DNA of 64,000 nt. Origin: Eledone cirrhosa. Its lineage: Eukaryota. Made by a program: the position numbers and the translations under genes. Location: assembly GCA_964016885.1 (NCBI GenBank), contig OZ024742.1:196292001-196356000 (forward strand), in the 5' to 3' direction. The notes below the pieces were generated by a model. The model searched no databases. It was not told the DNA's origin and saw only the letters and a program-made list of their open reading frames with translations. Every line of letters begins with the position of its first letter. The first letter of the stretch is position 1. Shown here in pieces: positions 51,458 to 64,000 of the stretch.

Positions 51458-52506
51458 ATCAGTTTAATGTATATTTTCCAAGCTTTCATGGATTAGAATA
51501 TATATATAATGTTCACAGGCTGTCATATATATCATCATCATCATCGTTTAACGTCTATCTTCCATGCTAGCATGGGTTAGACAGGAATTGAGGCAAGATT
51601 GGTCGGGTGACCGTATCTCGCTCATATAGGACTGTATGTGTGTGTGTGCGTGTATGTATATATATATATATAATCATCACTATTTAATGTCTATTTTCCA
51701 AGCTTTCGTGGGTTAGAATATATATAATGTCGGACTTTCTTTCCCCTTTTCCATGAAACTAATAAGATTTTTGTACCTCTGTTTGTTGTTTCCTTGACCT
51801 ATATATATGTGAGGTGTTCACAGTAAGATCACAGATCAAGGTAGTACTCAATGCATGTTTAGGTACAGAGTTGGTATAGTTATTAATAAAATCCCAATAG
51901 AGGGCCTGCTCAGTTTCAGCTGGCCTGAAAGCTCACTGGTTTTGAATTGATAAATAATGTGTGTATGTATGCATGTGTGTGTGTGCGTCTGTGTGTGTGT
52001 ATATGTATATATATATATATTTATTGTTCTTGCTGTATATCATTATCATCATTTACACAGACGTTAAAGGATGACGATGATATACAACAAAGAGAAGAAA
52101 GGGGAAAGTGATGATGGAGATTTGGCTAAAATTCATCTGAAAAATCCTTGCCAGACTTTGCTAGAATTCATCCCAGAAAAATCCTTGCCAGATTTAGCTA
52201 GAATCATCATCGTTTAACATCTATCTTCCATTCTAGCATGGGTTAGACGTCCACATGAGAAATCCTTGCCAGACTTGACTAGAATTCATCTCTGAAAAAT
52301 CCATCCCAGATAGAATTCACTTTTGATAATGTCTTTTACTTGATTTTTTTCATGTGAAAAAAAAAAAAAAGGAAAAATAAGCACAAAGAAAAAATGATTT
52401 GTCAGAGAATTCAAAAGATTAATTTATTAAAAGTGTCAACCTTATAAATCAAACAGGAAACATTTACAAGAAGATATATAGCTAGAATTGTTTTTATTTG
52501 TTGTTT

Positions 52507-52541
<35 letters not shown>

Positions 52542-52769
52542 GGTGGTGGTGGTGGTTGTTACAGCTCAGCTTTATGCAAGTCAAGCCATGTTCCAAACAA
52601 CTTAATCAGAAAGTTGTTTTGCTAAATCCTTCAAAATTCTTGATCACTCTCAAAATTATTTGAAAACAAATCACAGGTAGCACCTTTTATTAGAAATGTG
52701 GTAATGAAAGGGTTAAAATGTTTGTATTGATCTAAAACCTTCCATCAAAATTTTATGTCAGAAATTTTG

Positions 52770-52990
52770 TTAACCCTTTAGCATTTACATTACTCTATAT
52801 CTATTATATTTTCATGGAAAAGGCTTTATCTTACACAATTATCTCACATAATATGGAATCTACAAGATTTTTATGTTATTTATTTTGAGAACAATACATT
52901 AACATCAGTATGAGTGACCAGTTATGGCTGGTTTGAATAAAAAGAGGTGAGCGAATTCTGGCCGGATATAGCCGGTCTAAATGCTAAAGT
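52770..52990 (+). mobile_element. piggyBac-type MITE 1 nested in MITE 2
   Basis: TTAA-CCCTTTAGCATTTAC start; family match. Confidence 0.85.
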
Positions 52991-54217
52991 TATGTTCTAA
53001 ACACCAGCTTGATAAATGAGTTAGTTACTTTACTAAATCCTTTCAAATTCTTGTTTATTTTCAAAGTTATTTGAAAAATCATAGGTATTGTTGTTGTCAT
53101 TAGAAATATGATAACGAAAGAGTTAAAGTATTTATATTTATATAAAAACAATCCATCATAATTTTATGTAAAATATAAAGTTATGTTCCAAACTCCAGCT
53201 TAATAATGAGAAAGTACTAAATCCTTCAAAATTCTTGAATATTTTCAAAATTATTTGCAAAATGTTTCTTTTTTTATTTCTACTATTCCAAATCCTACCA
53301 CATCCCTATTTTAAATGAAGTAATAAATTATATATATGAAAAAAATATTCAATGAATTGAAACAAAATAGAAAATGAGATTTTATAATTTCAGATCTAAA
53401 AATATATATCTAAGATGGCAGCAGTAAAACACAGCGAGTCTTTCGATAGAGACAATCATTGTGCTATCACTTCTTCCAGCTGACTAATTTAAGTGCAGTA
53501 CATCTCCTGTTTCAACTGACTGGCATCAGAATCTTACAGGAAATTGGTCATATTGATTACAGCTCCAACACTATTCTCAGTCTAGAATTTCTGCAAGAAA
53601 ACAATATATCATAACATTGGAGTAGGGACTGGGGGTGGCACAATTGATTAGCTTTACCAGAGAGAGAGGAAAAAAACGGACGTTAAACGATGATAATTTA
53701 TATATCTATACATACATATAGATACACATACATTCACATATGTATATATATATAAATATACATACTTATACACAGATACATACATAAATACTTATACATA
53801 GATATACAAATATACATATACACACACATACATACACACAATATATATATACATACATAATATATATACACATACATAATATACATACATACACACATAT
53901 ATATATATACATACATATAACATATATACTTCTTGAGTCATCTCTCCATCGAAGGTAAAGCATTCATTTTGCTTTTTCTAATGGCTAGACTATATTCAGC
54001 TCCCACACCTGCATACTCATAGATCTCTCCGCTAACTGGAACAGCTGGGCCAACCTATTGTTGAATTAATAGTGGATCATCTGCGAAACCACTGGTGTTC
54101 ACGACACCGAGGTCATCTAATTAAACTGATAATTGTCACACGAGTTACTGCTTTCTGTGAGATACGCAGGATTTTTATTGAGGCTTACTCCTTTCGATCC
54201 AACCTGTTCTTCTAGAC

Positions 54218-54482
54218 CAGACATGTCAAACTGAAGGACCCCCCCGAGGGCTGCATGGGTCACACATGTGTTGTCTGAAAGCCACATGGGTCACACATGC
54301 GTTGTCTGAAGGCCACATGGGTCACATATGCGTTGTCTGAAGGCCACACATGACAACTAATTGCGCATATTACAACTAATATATTTTATTCTATATTATG
54401 CTTGTCTGTAAAAACTTGCGGGCCGCAGGTGTGTTTGTAAAGGACCGCATGCATCCCGCGGGCTACCTGTTTGACATGCCTG
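54218..54482. mobile_element. hAT (Charlie-like) MITE
   Basis: TIRs cagacatgtcaaac / gtttgacatgcctg; 8-bp TSD ttctagac/tgctagac; internal 31-bp repeat x3. Confidence 0.88.
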
Positions 54483-54690
54483 TGCTAGACAATCCTATGA
54501 TAGCCATATTAGAGGTACCTAATGTAGGATGGGGTTTTTCATCACACAGGTCGGTTTTCGAACTGAGAGAAGGTAGGTGTTTAGCTTCAATGAGCATGTA
54601 TTGGCATCATAAGTTTGCTGAGTGGCATGTTGAAGAGAGACTGAGACACATGAGGTCGCCACAAAAGACCATCCAATGCCAACACTATAT

Positions 54691-54723
<33 letters not shown>

Positions 54724-55278
54724 CGTTATTCCGGGTTGAATCGGAGGTAACCACAGTAAGTAAGGTACTCAATACATAGCAGAGTATAAAAGTTTTAATA
54801 TAGATGAGATTCTACAGGACTAGAACTGTTTCATTCTTTAGAAATCATCAGGAATCTGGCTTTCCAAAAATAAATGTTGTATTTATAGCTCTTTTCAGGT
54901 TGTAGGAGAGGGTGGGGAGTGGGATGGGTGGAGGTCATTGGTTGATAGAAAGGGAACTCATTAAAAGCTAATTCTTTAAAGCTATAATTTATATTTAGAG
55001 TGACAAAGGCAGAAAGAATTCTATAAACAAGTTCAGAATGGGGTGCCACTCCTTATTTTTAAGTTTCTCTTAAGTTAACAATGCCTATATTTCAGGTGTC
55101 TATAAGATCGTTGGGGGTCGGTCATGGTTGATGTATTTAAAGAAAAGGGACATTCTTTAAAAGCTAATTCTTTAAAGTTCTACTTAGAGTGACAAAGGCC
55201 AAGAGATTTCTATAAACCAGTTCAAAATATTGGGTGCCTATCATATTATTATCTTCAAATTTCTCTTAAGCTATATAT

Positions 55279-55315
<37 letters not shown>

Positions 55316-55317
<2 letters not shown>

Positions 55318-57262
55318 TTAGGCAGCGGGACAGGCAGATAGTGTTTAATACCAAGGCATACCCTGGGGAAGAATGTACCCCACAGCATAGGTTAGTTGTT
55401 AGTGATATCTCAGTAAGCAAGAGATGGAATGAGACATACAAGAAGGTGTGGAGAAAAAAGGTCTGGAAGCTAAAAGACCTTTCACTAAAATACAAACTTA
55501 GGAAACCCCTTCAAGATGTATATGACAAAAAAGAAGACGATTTAGAGACGTATGACATAGATAATAACTGGAATTTCTTACATGACAACTTGCTGCAGGC
55601 TACTGATGAAACCTGTGGCTGGAGCAGAGCTCCAACCAGACAGAGAGTGATCCAGTGGTGGAACACCACAATAGATAAGGCCATTAGAGACAAAAGTTTA
55701 GCATGGAAGGCTTGGAAAAAGGGTGGGAGTAGGGAAGAATATACAGCCGCTAAGAGAGAAGCTAGATGTCAGGTGTACTTAGCACGCAGGGAGGCTGAGA
55801 GTAGGAGGTTTGCTAATGTTCTGCGACGGGAAGATCAGAGGCGTGCGGTGTTCCACATTGCAAGGCAGTGTGTCAATGCAAATCAGGATGTTGTTGGAGA
55901 TAAATGTGTCCGGGATGATGCCGGTGTACTTAGTGTCACGAATGATCAGAAAAAGGAGGCGTAGAAATGTCATTATGAGAGACTGGTGAATGTGGAGAAT
56001 GAATGGGAGAGAGGTAAATTACCCTTAGTAGATCCGACAGAGGGACCAGTTATTGAGATTGACGAATATATGGTCCAAGAGGCGATTAAGGAAATGAAAA
56101 ATTGTAAGGCTGCTGGACCATCGGGAATAGTTGCTGAGATGCTGAAGGCATCAGGGGACGTAGGCACTAAACTGGTTGAACACATCATCAATCAGGCTAT
56201 ATATGGTGGTGTCATACCCAAAGACTGGTGCAGCAGTATTCTCATAAATTGCTACAAAGGTAAAGGAGATGCTCTGGAGAGGAACAATTATAGGGGTATA
56301 AAACTGATGGATCAGGTTATGAAAGTGGCAGAAAGGATATTAGCACAACTAATTAGAGAAAGGGTCAAATTAGATGAGATGCAGTTTGGTTTTGTGCCTG
56401 GGAAGAGTACAACAGATGCCCTCTTCTTGGTGAGACAATTGCAAGAGAGGTTGTTATAGAAAAATAAGCCACTATACTTAGCCTTTGTTGACCTCGAGAA
56501 GGCCTTTGATAGGGTACCCCGATCTGTCATCTGGTGGTCCCTAAGGAAACTAGGTTTTGAGGAATGGCTTGTGAGGACAGTGCAAACTTTGTACAGAGGT
56601 ACTGTCAGTAAAGTCAGGGTAGGAATGGAGTTTAGTGAGGAATTCCAGATACAAGTAGGAGTACATCAAGGTTCGGTCCTCAGCCCGCTCTTGTTCATTA
56701 TAGTCCTCCAAGCCATAACAGAGGAGTTTAAGACTGGCTGCCCATGGGAACTTCTCTATGCTGACGATCTGGTTCTCATAGCAGAATCAGTAGAGGAGCT
56801 AGAGAATAAATTCTGGCTATGGAAACAGCAGTTGGAATCAAGAGGACTGAGACAAAAGTGTTGATGAGTAGAAAAGAGGACAAAACTCTGATTCCGCCAG
56901 GGAAATGGCCATATTCGATATGCAGAAAAGGAACTGGCATAAATTCTATAAAATGCACACAATGCAGATCCTGGGTATACAAGAGATGTAGCGGGATAGT
57001 AGGCAAACTAACAGATAGGGAGAAATATTTATGCAGTAGATGTACAGGGAAATTAGACAGTAGAAGTCACATTGATAGACACATTTTTCAAATGCAGGAG
57101 GGTGCTATAGAAGTGGTGGATAGCTTCCGGTACCTAGGAGATCAGATTAGCATGGGAGGGGGGTGTTCCGAGGCCATAGTATCTAGAATAAGGACGGGTT
57201 GGAAGTTTAGGGAGCTGCTTCCTCTGCTGGCGAAGAAGGGTTTCTCCCTGTGTACAAAAGGT
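55316..57262 (+). mobile_element. RTE LINE subfamily C, pseudogenised internal portion
   Basis: Consecutive broken ORFs 55230-57268 run from the end of APE through RT (YADD) and PHD to FRYLG. Stop at 55962 and several frameshifts; 3' end replaced by SINEs. Confidence 0.95.
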
Positions 57263-57668
57263 CGGTAGAAGATTGGATGCCATGCTTTGCAGCATAGAGT
57301 TATGGCCCTTTAAGGTCTGAGTTCAAATCCCGCCGAGGTTAGCTTTGCCTATCATCCTTACGGAGTCGATAAATAAAGCCCTAGTGATGCACTGGGATAA
57401 TTGCTCGCCTTATACCAAAAGTAGAAACATTATTATTATTAGTGCAGTGGATTGGCAGAATCAGTAGAGCATTAGACAACAAGCTTAGCAGCATAGAGTT
57501 ACGGCCTTTTACGTTCTGAGTTAAAACACTGCCAAGGTTAACTTTAACTTTCATCCTTACTGGGGGTCAATAAAATAAAGTACCAGTCATGCACTGGGGT
57601 CGATTTAATCAATTTTCCCCTCCCCAAAATTGCTGGCCTTGTGTCTATATAAGAAACCATTATTATTA
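57262..57668 (+). mobile_element. Two tandem SINE family 1 copies
   Basis: 57262-57441 and 57443-57668. Confidence 0.85.
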
Positions 57669-59242
57669 TCAACACTGTTTTTTAAGGATACCGACCACAG
57701 TATAACACCAAATGTGCAATACCACATAGTAAACTGGACTCGCATATGAATCGAGTGCTCAAACTGGTGAACCAATAGTAACGTAAAATTACACACCAAT
57801 AAACTACACACACAAATTGACTCCCATCCTGACACATGCAAGCATGGCAAGTGGACGTAAAATGAGGTGTAGGAGCCATGACAAAAACTCACTCAGCACA
57901 CACTGTAAATGTGGTTGGCATTAAGAAAGGCATCCAGCCATAGAAACCAAGCTAGAAACAGTTCTGTATGAGCATAACATGGTCACCTGACTCGATTTGC
58001 CTACAATGGGAAAACCCGCCTAACCTATGCTAGCGTTGAAAATGGACATTAAATGATTATATATATATATATATATATATAATCTCCTCCTCATCATCGT
58101 CGTTTAACGTCTATCTTCCTTGTGGGAGATGTGGTCTAGTTATCAGGCCATGCTACATATTATCCTGCTGTTTAGCCTTTTCATGATTAATTAATATTTC
58201 ACTTCTAATTGCAACTGAAATGGGTCATTTTTAGAGTTTTAATTTCATTTGGGTCAAGGGGGATTGGCTGAAACAGTAAAGCATCAGATGAAATACTTTT
58301 ATGTTCTGATTTGAAATCCCACCAAGATTAGCTTTACCTTTCATCCCTATGGGGTAAATAGGGTTAGGGTTAGCGTCAAAGACATGACATGCTCTTCTGT
58401 GCACTTGGTAGAACGGGAGAATGTATGTTAGCATGATGCAGATCCCTGGTCTGTCTGGGAGATCAGTAGCCCCTTTGCAGTACTGACTTGGTCTATGTAG
58501 ACCTGTCCAACTCTTGCTAGCAGGGAAAGTGTACATTAAAACAATGATGGTGGTGGTGGTGGTGGTGGTGGCTCACTCAACTGGTGTCACTGATTTATCA
58601 ACACCACCACATGATCTGTATCAACAAATAGAAGCCCTAAACAACTTGCCCTTAAGTTGCATTCTCTACCTTCTTTTATATTAATTTCCAGAGATATAAT
58701 GAGACAGACATGTCTACATCTTGAAACTGCTGGTAATGCAGAAATAAGTCAAACTGCTAATACAAATACTCCCTACATCACATACATCAATTAAACATTC
58801 AGACCTCTTCAATAAAAAATGTTACATTGTAAATGTTGTATGTAAAATGAAGGTGTAACACACGTGAGTATATATAGTAAATAAATTTTACACACAAACT
58901 CTCTAGCTCAAACTCAGCAGCAAAAATATTTTCAAGTTTGTAAATTATATTATACCAGTTAGCAGAAAATAGAAAACATAACCATTCCCAAATGACCTAG
59001 ATAATGTGATCAAAATTAATTGCTAATTAATATGTTTGTCAATTTCTGTCTCTTAAGTAGATTTCATGGCATAAAAAGTTTGCAGGAATTTTTTTTTTTT
59101 TAAATAAGAACTTTAGAAATAAATAGTAATTTCCTATTTTTAAACATTTTTGCTAAATAATAAATTAAAAAATTAATTAGTTGAATTATATAATATATGA
59201 TAAAAATAGGAAATTATTAGTAGTTGAATTGTATGAATATAT

Positions 59243-60881
59243 ATCATCATCATCATCATCATCATCAACGTTTAACGTCCGTGTTCCATGCTTGCATGGG
59301 TTTGGACGGGGGTAGTCCCACTTGAGGCAAGAGTGATTGTCTTGCTCGCATAGGACTGTCTGGCAGGTTTTCTACAGTTGGATGCCCTTCCTAACACCAA
59401 CCACATTTACAGTGTGGGTCTGGGAGGTTTTTACCGTGTTGCCTACACGGCCACATTACAGCGTGGACTGTGTGTTTTTTTGTCGTGACACCTACACGAT
59501 CTCATTTGTTTCGGCCTCGATGGCGCGGCACCAACATAACTTTACATAGAACGGGGTGGTGTGGATCGGGTGGTGGTGGTGGTGGTGGGACGGGGTGTAT
59601 TTTGTTAGAGATGCCTACTGGCTGGAGTAGGTTTTACTATATATATTTAGGTAAGGCGGGTCTTCTCTGTTACTGAGTACCGCCAAAGGTCTCGGTCCAG
59701 TGACATTGTCTTGGAGAGGTGTAAGTGTGTGATGTCGGAGTTTATCAGCTCGTCCCAGGTTTTTCTAGGTCTGCCTATTCCGTGACTACCGTCTATCTTT
59801 ATTGCCCTGCACTTTGTTATACAGCTATCGACTTTCATGCGCATCACGTGTCCATACCAACGTAGCCTTCTCTCGAGTAAACAACATCTGATCCCTCTTA
59901 TCTCTAATTTTTTCCTTAGTTCGTTTATGCTTTGCCGTTCACGTATATTACTGTTACACATCCAGCGGAGCATGCAAGCTTCGTTTCTCTCTAGTCTGCG
60001 TATATCCTCTGCACACAATGCCCAGGTCTCACTGCCATGCAGCATTGCTGTTCGTATGCAGGCATCGTACAACCTGCCTTTCATTTTTAGTGAGAACCCT
60101 TTAGCAGCTAATAGTGGTATAAGCTCTCTGAACTTTTTCCAACCAGTTCTGACTCTAGCTACAGTACTTTCAGAGCACCCTCCCCCACTTCTGATTTTAT
60201 CGCCCAGGTAACGGAAGCTGTCCACTATTTCTATAGAACCCTCTGCGCAATTGAAAGAGCTAGTAGTTTGTGGGCACTTGCTGCTACTTATTGCACCAGA
60301 GCACCGGCCACATGTAAAATCTATGTTCTTAGTTAGCTTACCTGTGATCCCACTACATCTTTTATGCACCCATACTTTGCATTTAGGACATAAAATGGAG
60401 TTTCTACCTACGCCTTTCCTACACACCGAGCACGACCATTTCCCAGAAGGGACCGCCGCCTTGTTTTCTTTCCTACAAACTAGTACTTTGGTCTTAGCCA
60501 GGTTAATTTTAAGTCCTTTTGACTCTAGGCCGTGCTTCCATGTTTGGAATTTCTTCTCTAGCTCGGCCATTGATTCCGCTATGAGTGTCAGGTCGTCTGC
60601 GTATAGGAGTTCCCATGGGCAGCCTGTCTTGAACTCCTCTGTTATAGCCTGAAGGGCAATAATAAATAGTAGTGGACTGAGAACAGAGCCCTGATGGACG
60701 CCAACTTTTACGCTAAACTCTTCACTATATTCGTTGTTAATTCTAACCTTGCTGACTGTTTCTTTATACATGGCTTGTATAGCCCTCACAAGCCATTCGT
60801 CAATGCCTAGTTTTCTAAGAGCCCACCAGATAATGGAGCGGGGGACTCTGTCGAAGGCTTTCTCCAAGTCGACAAAAGCTA
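59243..60881 (-). mobile_element. RTE LINE subfamily B, 5'-truncated, highly similar to the full-length copy
   Basis: ORF 59647-60867 differs from the 30292-33534 protein at only a few residues; (GAT)n tail; aatatatat on both flanks. Confidence 0.97.
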
Positions 60882-61669
60882 ATATATATATGTATGCCTA
60901 TAGATGTATGTATTGTGTATAAATACATGGATAAATGTATGAATGTGTATATAAATGTGTCTATGTGTGAGTATTAGTAGTGAGAAAAAGAGATTGGCAA
61001 AAACAAGAAAAGAAATGATATAGTTTGTAACTATAGACACTGTAAACTCACTCACAGATATCAAAGTGGTAGTTTTAAAAACTGAAGTTAAAAAAAGACT
61101 ATTTTTGGGTGTGGTTGTTTACAGTCAGGCAAAGAAGGCCAGTGTCTTATCTGAAATGTTAAGAATTCAAGGATGATGATTATGGACAAGCAAACTAACT
61201 CTAATTCTATTAGAATGATTAGCCAGGTTTCCTTCTCTCCCTTTGGGATTATGAAATATCACCATTATCATACCTCTGTTTTTCCAAGTTTATAGGGTTT
61301 GGACATTGAAAGCATGTGGCTTAGTGGTTACAGTGTTAGACTCACAATGATAGGGTTGTGGGTTTGATTCCTAGGCTAGGCATTGCATTGTCTCCTTAGG
61401 CAAGACACTTTATTTCATGTTGTTCCAGCCCAATCAGCTGGAGAAAACGAGGTGCGATGTCACTGGGGCTAAGTTGTATTGGCCTATGCCTTGACCTTGG
61501 ACAGCAACAGTGGTATTTAGAGGGGTTACTGATATGTACAGATCTGTATATCTGCAGATCTGCACCTTGGCAAGGAATTTTCCAAGTGAAAACTCATGGT
61601 CAATAATGATTTTATGACCTAGACAGGACTTCTCCAAGAAAGCACCTCACCACTTGTCACAGTCCTATC

Positions 61670-61854
61670 CAGCCAGAATTCTCAGTTCAAACAGGCCATA
61701 ACCGGCTGCTGATACTGACATTAAGGTATTGTTCTCAAAATAAATAACATCAAAATCTCAGATTCGATATTATGTGAGATAATTATGTAAGATAAAGCCT
61801 TTTCTGTGAAAATACAACAGTAAATATAGAATAATGTAAATGCTAAAAGGTTAA
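61670..61854 (-). mobile_element. piggyBac-type MITE 1
   Basis: Family match; ends taaatgctaaaagg-TTAA. Confidence 0.8.
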
Positions 61855-61855
61855 A

Positions 61856-62965
61856 CATCACATTCCCATGCCAGTTCAGTATTCTCTCTTCACACAACAT
61901 TTAATTCCTCTTATACCCAGTTTTTTCTCTCTCAGCTTATCTGTGCTCAGTCATGCATTCACACTAATATTATACATTCAGTAAAACATGCTCACTTCAT
62001 TTCTTTATAACGTTCACATATTCTTCACATTCAATGTTCATGTCTCACTACCACAACATCACAGTGTATGCAGATATCATACAATCTTCAAAGAGAAAAC
62101 CCCTTTGTTACCAACAAAGGTAGTAGTTCTCTGAACGTTTTGCACACCATTTTTACTCTGGCTTCTATACTTTCAGAACACCTAATGGTGTGGCTGATTT
62201 GGTTGCCAAGGTTAACAGAAGCTGTCAACAATTCAGAGGGAGCCTTCCCTGAATTGAAAAAATTCATTTTGTAGGTATTCTTACTACCAACTACTCCACT
62301 GCCCAATGCATCTGCTACTTATAATATCTACCTTCTCTATTGGCCTCCCTGTGATTGCACAATATCTCTTCACCCCCATAGTTTTCATGGGTACACTGCA
62401 TGGAATTCTTACCAACCTCTGATCCCCCAGTATCTTTTGTACACTTATAGTTTACACAGCATGGAATTCTTGCCTACATTGTTTCTGTATAATGAACATG
62501 ACTATTCACAGTTTACAGTGTAGTCATATCTTATTTTCAGCATACAAAAATTTGAGTCTTTGCTAGGTTGAGTCTTTCTAGATTTAAAAAAAATTGAGAA
62601 ATACAGGGCAAATATATATATATATCTCATCATCGTTTTTACCCCTGTTTTTCGATGCTTGCATGGGTTGAATGGGTCCCTTACAGCACAGCATCTCTCT
62701 ACTAGCCATATTTCTTCATCATCTCCTCTTTGAGGCATTGTGATTTGAGGTCAGCTCTCACCTAGTCTTTCTTGGTCTTCCTCTACTGTGACTTCCTTCA
62801 ATTGGGATTTCCTGGCACTTCTTCACCCAACGGTCATCGTTCATGTGCATCATGTGTCTGTACCAACGCAGTTTTCTCTCCTACACACCACCTCAGATTC
62901 CTCTTAAACCCAGTTTCTCGCTCAGTTCCTCCAAGTCCTTCCTTTCTCTCACACTTACATTGCGC
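61856..62965 (-). mobile_element. Old degenerate RTE fragments (61856-62470 and 62626-62965)
   Basis: Residual KTFRELLPLLVTKGFSL and an RTE terminal motif at 62626-62670. Confidence 0.7.
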
Positions 62966-62982
62966 ATATATATATATATGAC

Positions 62983-63034
62983 TGTGTTTTTATAAATAAG
63001 TGTGTGTACACACACACTTATTTATAAAAACACA
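62983..63034. repeat. 52-bp palindrome
   Basis: tgtgtttttataaataagtgtgtgt-ac-acacacacttatttataaaaacaca. Confidence 0.9.
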
Positions 63035-63482
63035 TATACACTATAAGGATGTTAATCCTCAGAGAAATTTTAATTATTCTATGAATGAAATAAAAATTAC
63101 TTAAAAGAATTATCACATACATATGTTTTTATGAAGTTACACAATAGCATGATTGGCTAACAAACAGGAACTGAACATGACGTAAGTCATACACAAAAAA
63201 CACACACAGGCAGAGGTTTTGAGCTGGTGGCCTGAAAATAAACAAGTAGACTGTAGGATCTCGTAACTAACTGGCCTAGATCTAAATAATGTTTAACAGA
63301 CGACTACGATAATATTCCGTATGACATGAAAGTTAAGCCATATATATATATGTGTATGGGGGTGAGTGGATGTGTGTGTATATATGTGTGTATATATATA
63401 TATATACACACTGCAATTGTGTATATGCATGTGGTGTATATATATATACACACCACATAGATATACACAATTGCAGTTATAG

Positions 63483-63520
<38 letters not shown>

Positions 63521-63543
63521 CACATACATATACACAATTGCAG

Positions 63544-63590
<47 letters not shown>

Positions 63591-63774
63591 CGAAGCATAA
63601 GTTAATTGCATGAACTCATAATCCTTTATTTACTGCTATATATATTTTGATGATGTCCATTGAATGGCTATGACCTCATCAGGCAGTTAGTTAGTTCTTA
63701 GATATGCCAGGTCTGTGATTATGGTGTTGATGGTATCAGAGCCTTGGGACATATGTATGTATGTATATATATAT

Positions 63775-64000
63775 ATCATCATCATCGTTTAACATCCATG
63801 TTCCACGCTTGCATGGGTTTGGACGGGAGTTTTCCCACTTGAGGCAAGAGTGGTTGTCATTGCTCGCATAGGACTGTCTGGCGGGTTTTCTACAGCTGGA
63901 TGCCCTTCCTAACACCAACCACATTTACGGTGTGGGGCTGGGAGGTTTCTACCATGTTGCCTACACGGCCACATTACAGCGTGGACTGTGTGTTTTTTTG
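63775..64000 (-). mobile_element. RTE subfamily B-like 3'UTR, runs off the window end
   Basis: Matches 29896-30125. Confidence 0.9.

Overview
AT-rich, essentially gene-free eukaryotic DNA that is almost all transposon debris and simple repeats. The SINE/RTE repertoire resembles what I recall from octopus (coleoid cephalopod) genomes; this is an inference, not a search result. The only intact protein-coding unit is a full-length, apparently intact RTE-clade LINE (29896-34201, minus; 1080-aa APE+RT ORF) with a C4HC3 PHD finger inserted inside its RT domain. The window also holds truncated copies of at least three related RTE subfamilies, BovB-like RTE, CR1 and Tx1-like remnants, two tRNA-derived SINE families, piggyBac-, hAT- and mariner-type MITEs, a decayed mariner transposase, a tRNA-Pro pseudogene and many minisatellites. 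The most striking structure is non-coding: a near-identical 310-bp tandem array (28741-29607) with an inverted partial copy. Each unit carries a complete minimal type I hammerhead ribozyme on the minus strand, like a retrozyme or Penelope pLTR. Further hammerhead-like palindromes of other families sit in (TA)n tracts at 2678-2818 and 22036-22152. No host gene is firmly supported; two weak minus-strand exon candidates are noted.
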